64,000 nucleotides of DNA from an uncultured Gemmatimonadales bacterium (GCA_963741945.1 CAVUKA010000001.1:1088001-1152000); one strand, 5' to 3'. Positions 31,978-41,725 are shown, counted from the first letter of the stretch. The notes: generated by a model not told the origin, from the letters alone. Numbers and translations: made by a program.

Positions 31978-33300
31978 TCACGCCGGTATGGCCTGTGTGG
32001 CCAGCACCTCGCGCAGCGTCGAGACCGCCGTGGCCACATCGTCCTGTGAAAAGACGAGGGGCGGGCGGAAGCGGATGGAGCGGGGCCCGGAGGGGAGCAC
32101 CGCCAGGCCGCGCTCCCAGCAGGCCATGCGGAGCGCCTTCCGAGCGGCGCCATCGGGCATGTCGAAGGCGATGAACAGCCCACGCCCGCGAGCGTTGGTC
32201 ACGGCGTCGTATTCCTGCTCGAGCTTCTTCAGCTCGTCGAGCAGGAGCTTCCCCACGCGCGCGGCGTTCTCCACCAGCCCGTCCTCCCGGATGATCTGGA
32301 GGTAGCGCGCGGCGCGGACCATGTCCACCAGGTTCCCTCCCCAGGTGGAGTTGATGCGACTGGACAGGTGGAAGACGTTATCCTCCACGTCGTCGATGCG
32401 GCGCGTGCTCATGATGCCGCACACCTGGGTCTTCTTGCCGAACGCGACGATGTCGGGGGTGACGCCCATCTGCTGATAGGCCCACATGCTGCCCGTGGCG
32501 CCCAACCCCGTCTGCACCTCGTCGAAGATGAGGAGCGCTTCGCGGCGGTCGGCAACGTCCCGCAGCTTCCGGAAGAAGTCCGGTCGGAAGTGGCGGTCGC
32601 CGCCCTCGCCCTGGATCGGCTCGATGAGGATGGCTGCAATCCCGTGCGGGTCATGCTCGAACGCGTCCTCGATCTCCTGCATGGTGCGCTCCTCGCGCTC
32701 CTCCATGGCCGCGTCGTCCAGCCCCGGCTCCACGAACGGCGCGGACACGCGTGGCCAGTCGAACTTGGGGAAGTACAGCGTCTTGTTCGGGTCCGTGTTC
32801 GTCACGCTGAGCGTGTAGCCGCTGCGGCCGTGGAACGCACCCGTGAAGTGGAGGATCTTGTCGCCGCCGCCGTCCCTGCCCGCGGCCATGTTCTTCCGCA
32901 CCTTCCAGTCGAACGCGGCCTTCATTGCGTTTTCCACCGCCAGCGCGCCGCCCGCCACGAAGAACAGGTAGCGGAACTCGTCGGGCACGGCGACATCGCG
33001 GAAGATCTCCACGAACGCCGCGTACTGCCGCGAGTAGATGTCGCTGTTGGCGGGATTCGAGAGCGCTGCGGTCATGAGGGTCTTGCGGAAGCCCTCGTCC
33101 TCCATCTTCGGATGGTTGTGGCCGATGGGGAGGGTGGCGAAATAGCCGTAGCAATCCAGGTACTCCTTGCCCTCGAGCGCGTCGACGATCACCGGGCCGT
33201 GCGACTTCTCCAGGTCGATCACCAGGTGGAAGCCATCCACCAGGATGTTGTTCTTGAGGATCGGGAACACGCGATCCGCTGGGACTTTGATTTCCGGCAT
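31978..33300 (-). CDS. lat: L-lysine 6-transaminase (class III aminotransferase)
   Basis: NPANSDIYS, GALAVENAMKAAFDWK, AFHGRSGYTLS, EPIQGEGGD, FDEVQTG, FGKKTQVCG, SRINSTWGGNL. GGAGG RBS before ATG 33300. Confidence 0.9.
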   Translation of the reverse strand: MPEIKVPADRVFPILKNNILVDGFHLVIDLEKSHGPVIVDALEGKEYLDCYGYFATLPIGHNHPKMEDEGFRKTLMTAALSNPANSDIYSRQYAAFVEIFRDVAVPDEFRYLFFVAGGALAVENAMKAAFDWKVRKNMAAGRDGGGDKILHFTGAFHGRSGYTLSVTNTDPNKTLYFPKFDWPRVSAPFVEPGLDDAAMEEREERTMQEIEDAFEHDPHGIAAILIEPIQGEGGDRHFRPDFFRKLRDVADRREALLIFDEVQTGLGATGSMWAYQQMGVTPDIVAFGKKTQVCGIMSTRRIDDVEDNVFHLSSRINSTWGGNLVDMVRAARYLQIIREDGLVENAARVGKLLLDELKKLEQEYDAVTNARGRGLFIAFDMPDGAARKALRMACWERGLAVLPSGPRSIRFRPPLVFSQDDVATAVSTLREVLATQAIPA

Positions 33301-33579
33301 GTGAGTCCTCCGTAGCCTGCGTTGCATGGGGACGCGCCGGCCCGACTCGCGGGCGACGGGGCCCGCGACGCGTCAGCGCGATCTCGACGATCGGGGGCGG
33401 CGAGCGCCCGCAGGCTCAGCGGTTCGGAGGCGCATAGATGCCCGGTCGCGAGTCCCGGGGCGGGAGTCGCGAAGTGTCGTGCAGGCGGTCCAGCCGGTCT
33501 GCCTTCACGGGCATCCTCGTGGTGGGTCGCGGAGGTGGGCGGAGTGCCCGTTCTCGCCCCGGGAATCTAGCGTTCCGGG

Positions 33580-33712
33580 GCGGAGCGCGCGAACCCGATA
33601 CGGCGGAGCGCGCGGAGAACAGCGTTTCACGCGGAGCGCGCGGAGGACAGCGTTTCACGCGGAGCCGCGGAGAGCGCGGAGAGAACAGCGGGGGACGCGG
33701 AGAGCGCGGAGG
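33580..33712. repeat. Short tandem/degenerate CGCGGAG-rich repeat
   Basis: A 28-bp unit GCGGAGCGCGCGGAG(A/G)ACAGCGTTTCAC at 33603-33630 and 33631-33658, followed by degenerate GCGGAGAGCGCGGAG copies. Confidence 0.8.
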
Positions 33713-33738
33713 GGGCGTGTGGCATTATCCTTCGCACC

Positions 33739-34749
33739 ATGTTGACGCTGTTCCTTCTTCTACGCCGGCGCCAGGCTGCCGCAGTCGTGGTGGCGCTCGG
33801 TCTCGCGCTGCCGGCGTGCGGCGGCTCGCCGGCTGCGCCGGTGGGGCCGCCGGGCGCGGACACGACCCCGAATCCGCCCGCGGACACCACGAGCGGCAGT
33901 TTTCCGATTCCGGCGCTGGGCGACAGTGCGACCTTGGACATCGGGTGCTGGAACGTGGAGTGGTTCGGCAGCCCGGAGTTCGACCCAGCGGATGACGCGC
34001 TCCAGCTGACGCGCGTCACGGCCACATTGCGCGCGCTCCGCCTGGACGTGTACGGCCTGGTTGAAGTGGTGGCGGCGGGTCCGTTCCGCGCCCTGGTGAA
34101 TTCGCTCCCGGGCTACGCGGGTGTTCTGGCCAGCGACGCGTCCGTGCGCGGCGGCGCGGCGGCATATGAGGGATGGGAGCAGAAGCCGGCGCTGGTCTAC
34201 CGCACGGCCGCAGTGGAGCTGGACAGCGCGCGAGTGGTGCTGGCGGACCACGACGAGGAGTTCGCGGGGCGGCCGCCGCTGGAAGCGCATCTGCGGATCA
34301 CGGTGGGTGGGGTGACGGAACGGCTCGTGGTGCTGGTGGTCCACATGAAAGCCGGCGCGGGCACCGGGGACCGGGACCGCCGGCAGGTGGCGGCTGCTGC
34401 GCTGAAGGCGTACCTGGACGGACACTTCCCTGCCGACCGGGTGCTGGTGATCGGCGACTTCAATGACGATGTGGACGCGTCCATCGCCGGAGGCGCCTCG
34501 CCGTACGCGGCCTTCATCGCCGACACCACGCGCTGGCGCGTTCCCACGGCGGCGCTCAGCGCTGCGGGAATCAGCTCCACCACCGGGTATCCCGACATGA
34601 TCGATCACCAGCTCTGGTCGGACGAGGCGTGGGCAGGGTACGTCCCGGGGAGCGCTGCGGTGGTGCCGCTGGACGACTGGATCCCCGACTACGGCGCCAC
34701 CACCAGCGACCATTTCCCGGTGGTCGCGCGCTACGCCCCCGTGGGCTGA
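33739..34749 (+). CDS. Endonuclease/exonuclease/phosphatase (EEP, DNase I-like) lipoprotein
   Basis: Lipobox LPAC; WNVEW, GLVEV, HMKA, GDFND, IDH, SDHFP motifs. Confidence 0.88.
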   Translation: MLTLFLLLRRRQAAAVVVALGLALPACGGSPAAPVGPPGADTTPNPPADTTSGSFPIPALGDSATLDIGCWNVEWFGSPEFDPADDALQLTRVTATLRALRLDVYGLVEVVAAGPFRALVNSLPGYAGVLASDASVRGGAAAYEGWEQKPALVYRTAAVELDSARVVLADHDEEFAGRPPLEAHLRITVGGVTERLVVLVVHMKAGAGTGDRDRRQVAAAALKAYLDGHFPADRVLVIGDFNDDVDASIAGGASPYAAFIADTTRWRVPTAALSAAGISSTTGYPDMIDHQLWSDEAWAGYVPGSAAVVPLDDWIPDYGATTSDHFPVVARYAPVG

Positions 34750-35711
34750 CGGGCGTACAGCTCCAGCCAGGGCGACGCCGGCGCCGGGAGCGGGCGCAGC
34801 AACGCTTTGATCATCCGCTCCTCCCACACCGCCCAGGTCCGGGTCCACCGGTCGGAGAGCGGCACGAGCGCATCGCCGAGAGTGCGGACGGGACGCAGCC
34901 CCTCGGCCGCCACCATGTGGTGGAGCGCCCGGACGGTGAATGCCTGGAGGTAGGGGAAGCCGAGGAGGTTGTTCCAGGCGAGCGCGGCGCGGGCCGGCCT
35001 CCTCGTGATCGGCGTCCGGCCGACAGCGCGGAGTCGGGAATAGAACGCCCCGTTCGGCACCCGAACCGCCAACACGCCGCCAGGCGCCACGCGGACCGCG
35101 GCCGCGCGCACCGCCGCGCGGGGATCCGGGAGCTGGTCGAGGCAGGTCCAGAGCGCCACGGCGTCCCAGCGCTCCGTCGGGTCCGCGTCGTGAATGGTGC
35201 CCTGCCGGACCGTCAGCCCGTGGCGGCGCGCGTGCGCGACCACGTCGTCGTTCACGTCCATGCCCTCGAAGCGCCACCCCGCGTCCGCGGCCTCGGCCAG
35301 GAACGCGCAGGCGTACGGGCCCACCTCCAGGCCGCGGCCGGTCCGGCCGAGCACGGCGGTGAGGCGACGGACGCGCCGCCGTTCCGCACCGCGGTGCAGC
35401 GCCATCAGCCGGTCCAGCGTAGCCGCGGACTCGTATTCCAGCGCGTACCGCTCGGTCACGCTGCGAGGCCGGTCGCGCGGATCCCGATACACGGTCCCGC
35501 ACTGGTGACAGCCCGCCAGTCGGAGCGGGGGCGGCTGCGAGAAGACCACCCGGTCCTTCAGCCGCTCCAGCGGCACTCCCCGGCGGACCCGGCGCAGGTG
35601 GAATTCCCAGAGCACTTCCATCTCGCGGCGGACCGTGTCCCGGTCCGCCAGCGCCACGGCGCGCGCGTCCCCACACGCGGGGCAGTCCGCGAGCTCGTAT
35701 GCGGTCTCCAT
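34731..35711 (-). CDS. Class I SAM-dependent methyltransferase with N-terminal CxxC/CxxC Zn-ribbon
   Basis: CPACG and CHQCG, GLEVGPYAC SAM-binding loop, GMDVN, 'LDQLPDP...PGGVLAVRVPN'. Confidence 0.75.
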   Translation of the reverse strand: METAYELADCPACGDARAVALADRDTVRREMEVLWEFHLRRVRRGVPLERLKDRVVFSQPPPLRLAGCHQCGTVYRDPRDRPRSVTERYALEYESAATLDRLMALHRGAERRRVRRLTAVLGRTGRGLEVGPYACAFLAEAADAGWRFEGMDVNDDVVAHARRHGLTVRQGTIHDADPTERWDAVALWTCLDQLPDPRAAVRAAAVRVAPGGVLAVRVPNGAFYSRLRAVGRTPITRRPARAALAWNNLLGFPYLQAFTVRALHHMVAAEGLRPVRTLGDALVPLSDRWTRTWAVWEERMIKALLRPLPAPASPWLELYARQPTGA

Positions 35712-35827
35712 GCCCTGCGGCCCGTGCAGTCGCCATGCCGTCGGGCGCACCGGGCTGGCGCCGGAACCGGTTCCGGCGCTCGCGTGGTCACGACACGGGC
35801 TCCCGAACCCGGCACCCTACAGCCACG

Positions 35828-37939
35828 CTACAGCGCCCCGGCGTCCTCCGGCACGGGGAAGCCTCGCTTCCGCATCAGCGCGTCGGTACGGGGGCCGCGG
35901 CCGCGGAAAGCGCGGTAGCCCTCCTCCGGCTCGACCGTGTTGCCCCGGGAGAGCACGTGCTCCTGCAGACGCCCCGCCACTTCCGTGTCATACGGGCCAC
36001 CGGCTTCGGTGAACGCTTCGAACGCGTCGGCCGTGAGGACATCGGCCCACAGATAGCTGTAGTAGCCCGCGGAATAGGCGTCGCTCCCGAACGCATGCTG
36101 GAAGTGGGGGATGCGGTGTCGCATCCCGATGCTCTCGGGCATGCCGAGCTCCGCCAGCGCTTCGCGCTCGAACGCAGCCGGATCGATGGGCGGCTCGGCC
36201 AGGTGGATCTTCATGTCCACCAGGCCGCTGCCGAGGAACTCCACGGTCGCGAACCCCTGGTTGAAGGTGGCCGAGCGATCGAGCCGATCGGCCAGCTCCT
36301 GGGGCATGGGCGCTCCCGTCTTCCAGTGGCGGGCGAAGCGCTGGAGCACTTCGGGCGTGTACAGCCAGTGCTCGAGGAGCTGGGACGGGAACTCCACGTA
36401 GTCCCTCGGCACGGAGGTGCCGGAGAGGGTGGGATAGGTCACGTCCGAGGCGAGTCCGTGGAGCGCGTGGCCGAACTCGTGGAAGAGAGTGCTGGCGTCG
36501 TCCCACGAGATCAGCACGGGCTCGCCCGGCCGTCCCTTCACGAAGTTGGCCGTGTTGGAGACGATCGTGACCACCTCGCCCTGGAAGCGCTCCTGGCGCC
36601 TCAGCGCAGTCATCCACGCGCCCGATCGCTTGCCGGCACGTGCATACGGGTCGAAATACCAGAGCCCCACAAGCCGCCCGGTCGCGGATTCCGACACGCG
36701 CCAGACGCGCACGTCGGGGTGGTAGGCGGGGACGTCGTGCACCGCGTCGAAGCGAAGGCCGAACAGCTGGGCGGCCACCCAGAACATCCCTTCGCGCAGC
36801 TTCTCGAGCTGCAGGTACTCCTTGACGCGGTTCTGGTCCACGTCGAAGCGCACCAGGCGCACCTTCTCCGCCCAGTAGCGGTAATCCCAGGGACGGATCC
36901 TGGTGTCGTCGCCGGCCTCGCGGGCCAGGGCCTCCATGTCCGCCACCTCCTCGGCGACCCGCTCCACCGCCGGACGCCAGACGGCGTCCATGAGGTCCAG
37001 CGCCCGCTCCGGCGTCTTCGCCATGGCATCCTCGACCCGCCAGTGGGCATGCGTCGGGTAGCCCAGGAGCCTGGCCCGCTCGGCCCGCAGCGTCAGGATC
37101 TCGGCCACGATCCCCTTCGTGTCCCGCTCGCCGCCACTGTCACCACGCTCCACCCACATCCGCCATGCCCGCTCGCGCAGGTCGCGCCGCTCGGAATAGG
37201 TCAGGAACGGCTCCACGGACGAGCGCGTGTTCGCCACCACCCACTTGCCCGGGAGCGCCCTCTCCTCCGCGGCAGCGGCCGCCGCCTCCCGCACCACGTC
37301 GGGCAGTCCGGCCACGTCAGCCTCGCGCTCCAGTACCAGGTAGTGCGAGTTCTCGTCGCCGAGCACGTTCTGATTGAACTCGGTGAAGAGCGCAGCCAGC
37401 CGCTGATTGATCTCCGACAGCCTGGACTTCGCCTCCGGGCCGAGCTTCGCGCCCGCGCGCACGAAGTTGGTGTACAGCCGCCACGTGAGCCGACGCTGCT
37501 CCGCCGAGAGGGTGTCCCCGCCGACGCCGGCGTGCACCGCCTCGATGCGCCGGAAGAGCGCCTCGTTCTGCGTGATCCGGTCCGCGAACGCGGCCAGTCG
37601 TGGCGCCATCCTCCGCTGCACGGCCTGAAACGCCGGTGAGGCGATGCTCGAGCTCCACACGCCGTAAATGGCGTCCACCCGATCCAGCGTGCGGCCGCTC
37701 GCTTCCAGCGCTGCAATCGTGTTCTCGAAGCTGGGCGGCGCCGGGTCGTCGGCGATCGCCTCGATCTCGGCCTCCGCCTCCGCCATGGCCGCTTCGAGCG
37801 CCGGCTCGAAGTGCGCCACTTCCACCCGATCGAACGGCGGGACGCCTCCGTACGGCCCTGTCCAGTCCCCCAGCAGCGGGTTCGCCAATGGGGAGGCGAC
37901 TGGCTCGGACGGGCTGTTCACGCTGGTTCTTTCTTCCAT
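35828..37939 (-). CDS. dcp: M3 family metallopeptidase, peptidyl-dipeptidase Dcp
   Basis: NPLL, GVPPFD, KRSGAWM, TLFHEFGHALH, RDYVEFPSQ, YSAGYYSYLWA. Confidence 0.92.
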   Translation of the reverse strand: MEERTSVNSPSEPVASPLANPLLGDWTGPYGGVPPFDRVEVAHFEPALEAAMAEAEAEIEAIADDPAPPSFENTIAALEASGRTLDRVDAIYGVWSSSIASPAFQAVQRRMAPRLAAFADRITQNEALFRRIEAVHAGVGGDTLSAEQRRLTWRLYTNFVRAGAKLGPEAKSRLSEINQRLAALFTEFNQNVLGDENSHYLVLEREADVAGLPDVVREAAAAAAEERALPGKWVVANTRSSVEPFLTYSERRDLRERAWRMWVERGDSGGERDTKGIVAEILTLRAERARLLGYPTHAHWRVEDAMAKTPERALDLMDAVWRPAVERVAEEVADMEALAREAGDDTRIRPWDYRYWAEKVRLVRFDVDQNRVKEYLQLEKLREGMFWVAAQLFGLRFDAVHDVPAYHPDVRVWRVSESATGRLVGLWYFDPYARAGKRSGAWMTALRRQERFQGEVVTIVSNTANFVKGRPGEPVLISWDDASTLFHEFGHALHGLASDVTYPTLSGTSVPRDYVEFPSQLLEHWLYTPEVLQRFARHWKTGAPMPQELADRLDRSATFNQGFATVEFLGSGLVDMKIHLAEPPIDPAAFEREALAELGMPESIGMRHRIPHFQHAFGSDAYSAGYYSYLWADVLTADAFEAFTEAGGPYDTEVAGRLQEHVLSRGNTVEPEEGYRAFRGRGPRTDALMRKRGFPVPEDAGAL

Positions 37940-38052
37940 GGCCTGTGAGTCGGGCCGGCGAGGATGTGCGTGCCGGCCGATAGTTGTGGAGAGACGAGGC
38001 CGCGACTTGCGAGGGGGGTTGCCGACGGCCTCACCACCGGTCGCCTGCAAGT

Positions 38053-39360
38053 CTACACGCGGCTGCGGATATCGGCCAGCACCATGCGGCTCGCCGGGAT
38101 CGCCGGGATGCGCGAGCGGTCGATCCCGAGGTCCTGCTCGGGCACCCGGTAGGTCATTCCCCGGGCGAGGAGGCGCAGTGATTCCTTCATCAGCCGGATC
38201 GTGATCCATTCGCCCGCGCACCGATGGTTTCGGTAGTGGTCCCCGCCCCCCTGCGGGATGAGGTCGAACTCCGACGGTTCGCGCTCGCGGAACCGCTCCG
38301 GTCGGAACGCGTCGGGCTCTGGCCAGGCGCGGGCATCGTGGTCGGTCCCATACAGGTCCAGCAGCACGCGGCGACCGGCCGGGAAATGGTGGCCCTGCCA
38401 GTCGAAAGCCTCCGTCGTCTTCGCCGCCACCATCGGGAAGAATGGATAGAGACGACGGACCTCCTGGACGAACGCCTCCAGCCCGTCTCCTGCCGACGGG
38501 CGCTTTCCGCCGGGACCGGCCCCGCCCTCCCCGCCCTCCCCGTCCTCCCCGTCCCCCTGCCGGATCCGCTCGGCCTCGGACGGATGGGTGGCCAGGGCGT
38601 GGGCGATGAACGCGACATAGCGCGCAATGGCCACGACCGGGCGGAGCAGGTTCAGGACTTCCACCGCCGCGACGCGCACAGCGAGCAGCCCCTGGCCGGG
38701 ATCGCGGTGGAAGGCGACGAGGTGCAGTGGGCTTCCTTCCGGCACCTCCAGCTCCCCGCCCCGCACGCGGCGGACGAGATCGGACAGCCACGACTCGGCA
38801 TGCCGTCTGGCGATCCGGCCGCGCCAGTGGCGGGGCCCCACGCCGCCGGCCCCATCGATCATCGCCGAGAGCTCCCGCGTTCGCCGGTCCAGCTGCCCGG
38901 CAGGGAGCGGCACCCCCGCCCAGTCACAGACAGCGCGGCAGAGCAGCCGCTCGACTTCCGGGAACAGCACGATGCCAGCCCCGGCCGTCCACGCCTCCAG
39001 CGCCACGCGCCACGCCGCCACATACCGCTCCGCGAGGTCCTGGATGCCGGGTGGCGTCATCAGCGCCATGAACATGGCCTTGCGAGCCTCGTGCGCTTCG
39101 CCATCCAGCCCCTGAACACCCCCCCGGCCGAACAGCGTCGCCTTGAAGCGATCGGGCGTGGCGCCGTGGCGTTGGAAGCGTCCCCTGTCGTAGAACAGCC
39201 GGGCCGCCTCCGGTCCGCGCATGCAGATCACGGGGCGAAGCAGGAGGCGCGTGCGGAAAACGTCCGTGCCGAGCCGGTCGGCCCGGCAGCCGATGAAGTC
39301 GTAGCCGTCGCGCAGGAACGCCAGCGTGCTGTCGGGCGACTTCAGCCGCGGGATCGACAT
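38053..39360 (-). CDS. Cytochrome P450 peroxygenase, CYP152 family (P450BSbeta/CypC-like)
   Basis: LFGRGGVQGLDGEAH, EVLNLLRPVVAI (Arg-Pro replaces the acid-alcohol pair), EVRRLYPFFP, LDLYGT, FRPERF, IPQGGG, HRCAGE haem Cys. Confidence 0.9.
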   Translation of the reverse strand: MSIPRLKSPDSTLAFLRDGYDFIGCRADRLGTDVFRTRLLLRPVICMRGPEAARLFYDRGRFQRHGATPDRFKATLFGRGGVQGLDGEAHEARKAMFMALMTPPGIQDLAERYVAAWRVALEAWTAGAGIVLFPEVERLLCRAVCDWAGVPLPAGQLDRRTRELSAMIDGAGGVGPRHWRGRIARRHAESWLSDLVRRVRGGELEVPEGSPLHLVAFHRDPGQGLLAVRVAAVEVLNLLRPVVAIARYVAFIAHALATHPSEAERIRQGDGEDGEGGEGGAGPGGKRPSAGDGLEAFVQEVRRLYPFFPMVAAKTTEAFDWQGHHFPAGRRVLLDLYGTDHDARAWPEPDAFRPERFREREPSEFDLIPQGGGDHYRNHRCAGEWITIRLMKESLRLLARGMTYRVPEQDLGIDRSRIPAIPASRMVLADIRSRV

Positions 39361-39367
39361 GACGGCG

Positions 39368-40237
39368 TCACCCGCCCTGGGAGAGGCGCTCCATCGCGTC
39401 GTCCGGGAGGTGCAGCGAAGCGGCCGCCGTGTTCTCCTCCAGGTGCGCCAGGCTCCCCGTCCCCGGGATCGGCAGCAAGACACTGGACCGCTGGAGCAGC
39501 CAGGCGAGGGCGATCTGCGCCGGCGTGGCATCGAAGCGGCGGGTGAGCTGGCCGAGCACGCCGTCGCCCTTCGAGAGCGGTCCGGCCTTGAGCGGGAACC
39601 ACGGGATGAAGGCGATCCTCTCCTCGTCGCAGTAGTCGAGCACCTCTTCCCACTCCCGGTCTTCCAGATTGTAGCGGTTCTGGACCGACACGATCTCCAC
39701 GTACTGGCGGGCGTTCTCGATGTCCTCCACGTCCGCCTCCGAAAGCCCCACGTGCCGGACCTTCCCCTCCTCCTGCAGCTCCCTCAGCGTTCCGAACTGG
39801 TCCGCCGCAGGGACGCTCGGGTCGATCCGGTGCAGCTGGAACAGGTCGAGCCGCTCCACCTTCAGGCGACGCAGGCTCCCTTCGCACCGCTCCCGAAGAT
39901 GCTCCGGTCGCCCGTTCGGCTCCCATTTCCCCGGGCCGGGCCGCTCCAGCCCCGCCTTCGTGGCGATCACCATCCCCTCCGGGTACGGGTGCAGCGCCTC
40001 AGCGATCAGCTCCTCACTGAGGAACGGGCCGTAGGCGTCGGCCGTATCGATGAAATTGATGTCCAGATCCGGCAGACGACGGAGCACGCGCAGTGCCTCG
40101 TCCCGGTCCTTCGGCGGCCCCCAGACGCCCTCCCCCACGATCCGCATGGCGCCAAACCCCAGCCGATGGATCGGCAGGTCGCCCCCGAGCTTCCATGTCC
40201 CGCTGTCCGACGCGGTGATTTCCCCTGTATGTGCCAT
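39368..40237 (-). CDS. Aldo/keto reductase
   Basis: RLGFGAMR, FIDTADAYGP, IATKAG, DLFQLHR, GLSE, SVQNRYN, PIPGT. Confidence 0.92.
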   Translation of the reverse strand: MAHTGEITASDSGTWKLGGDLPIHRLGFGAMRIVGEGVWGPPKDRDEALRVLRRLPDLDINFIDTADAYGPFLSEELIAEALHPYPEGMVIATKAGLERPGPGKWEPNGRPEHLRERCEGSLRRLKVERLDLFQLHRIDPSVPAADQFGTLRELQEEGKVRHVGLSEADVEDIENARQYVEIVSVQNRYNLEDREWEEVLDYCDEERIAFIPWFPLKAGPLSKGDGVLGQLTRRFDATPAQIALAWLLQRSSVLLPIPGTGSLAHLEENTAAASLHLPDDAMERLSQGG

Positions 40238-40365
40238 CTGCCCTGACCTCCGTTCATGCAATGCACCGTCCCCCCCACACCCTTGCACATGTCACGCCGG
40301 ACAGCGGGCAGGACGGCGGCCGGGCTGGCTCATCGTGCACCCCCGTCCGGCCCCGGGAGGCGGCG

Positions 40366-41358
40366 TCAGATCAGACCTGCGCCCCTGAAAATGAAGAACA
40401 GAGCCACGCCACCGAGAACCCGGGGGAGTCGATTGGTCCGTGACGTCAGCAGGTACAGCGTGAGGACGGCCCCGATCGGAGCCGCGAAAGCGTACGTCAC
40501 CAGGAACGTCATGAACGCTTCCTGGATCCACAGGCCGATGAGGCGGAACGGCGAGAGCGCGCCAATGCCGGTGTGGATGAGCGGTCCCCCCACCTCCTGG
40601 ACCAGGTCGAACATGAGGAAGATGGCGGTGAACACCGCACCGACCTCCAGGTAGAGCGCCGCTTCCGCCCGCTCTCGACGCCGGAACGGAGCCATGATGA
40701 GGCCCGTCAGCGGGCGAAGGAGGAGCGCGGGGGGCGAGCCCGGACGGTTGTAATAGTAGAAGAGACGGAGCCGATGGCTCCAGCGCACCAGCGACCCCGC
40801 CAGCGGCACTTCGTTCAGCCGCCCCACGTGGCCACCCAGCATGGTCACCAGGATGAGCGCGCCCACGGCGAACGCCGCCTCCGCGCCGCCCTCCACATTC
40901 CCCACCATCCCGCCCAGCACAGACCCGGCGGCAATGAGCACCAGCACGTCCCCGGTCAGACGCACCACCCGCTCCCGCCTCGTCCTCGCCCGCCACCTCT
41001 CCGTCCAGGCGGGCGGGCGGGACAGGACGTCATCGGACAGCGGCGGCATGAAATCCAGCTCCAGCGGCGGAAGCCCCTCCCTCTCCCGCCGCGCCTGCTC
41101 GGCGTTGTACCCCTCCACCATGCGCCTCAACCGCCACGCATCCGAAATCCACCAGAGGAGCGCGCCACCGCCGGTCACGACCATGGCCAGACCCGTCCCC
41201 GGCCGCTCCAGGTAGAAACGGTGCGCACCGAGCCACCCGAACACCGCCCACAACGCCCACGCCACGCCCACGCGCTTGCGTCGATAGGCATACAGCTCCC
41301 CCAGGACATCCTGGGCAAAGTCGGCGTCCACGCCTGCGTGCACCGAGACTGAGCTCAT
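40366..41358 (-). CDS. TM2/NINE domain membrane protein
   Basis: 'KRVGVAWALWAVFGWLGAHRFYL...WWISD' TM2 motif followed by several TM helices. Confidence 0.75.
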   Translation of the reverse strand: MSSVSVHAGVDADFAQDVLGELYAYRRKRVGVAWALWAVFGWLGAHRFYLERPGTGLAMVVTGGGALLWWISDAWRLRRMVEGYNAEQARREREGLPPLELDFMPPLSDDVLSRPPAWTERWRARTRRERVVRLTGDVLVLIAAGSVLGGMVGNVEGGAEAAFAVGALILVTMLGGHVGRLNEVPLAGSLVRWSHRLRLFYYYNRPGSPPALLLRPLTGLIMAPFRRRERAEAALYLEVGAVFTAIFLMFDLVQEVGGPLIHTGIGALSPFRLIGLWIQEAFMTFLVTYAFAAPIGAVLTLYLLTSRTNRLPRVLGGVALFFIFRGAGLI

Positions 41359-41499
41359 GCCCCACAAGCTGCCTCCCGGAGTGGCGATCATGCAACCACG
41401 CCGCCGCCACCCCGGCGACCGGGCCGGCCGGCCCCTCCGCCCGCCCCACCCCGCGCGCCGCGTCCTGCCTCCCATGGACGCGGGAGCGCCCGCCCTCGA

Positions 41500-41620
41500 T
41501 GTGGATAAGCGGCGCCGGCTTGTGGATTCCCTGTGGGAAAACCGGGTCAAAATTGTGAATACGAGCTGTTACAAAACCCGAAGTCCTGATGCCGTGGTCA
41601 GATGGCGGAATTGTGGATTA
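41500..41620. promoter_or_regulatory. Cluster of co-oriented DnaA-box-like sites in a locally AT-richer region
   Basis: TGTGGATAA 41500-41508 (perfect reverse complement of TTATCCACA), TGTGGATTC 41521, TGTGGGAAA 41532, TGTGAATAC 41554, TGTGGATTA 41612. Confidence 0.6.
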
Positions 41621-41695
41621 CGCGGTTTCTGGATCCTCTTCTGACATCCGCATAACTCATTGTCTTGGAACGACTTGTGGCACAACTCAAAATCC

Positions 41696-41725
41696 TTGAC
41701 TGCGGCACCCTCGCGGGTGTATCAT
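41696..41725 (+). promoter_or_regulatory. Sigma70-type promoter
   Basis: -35 TTGACT (41696-41701), 18-nt spacer, -10 TATCAT (41720-41725). The predicted start at ~41733 coincides with the first RNA helix. Confidence 0.7.

Noticed and set aside
33301-33580. Possible lysine riboswitch upstream of lat
   Set aside because: Only generic GC-rich hairpins; no L-box AGAGG(U/C)GC signature seen.
33603-33712. Possible CRISPR array
   Set aside because: Repeat units abut with no unique spacers, and there are no cas genes in the window.
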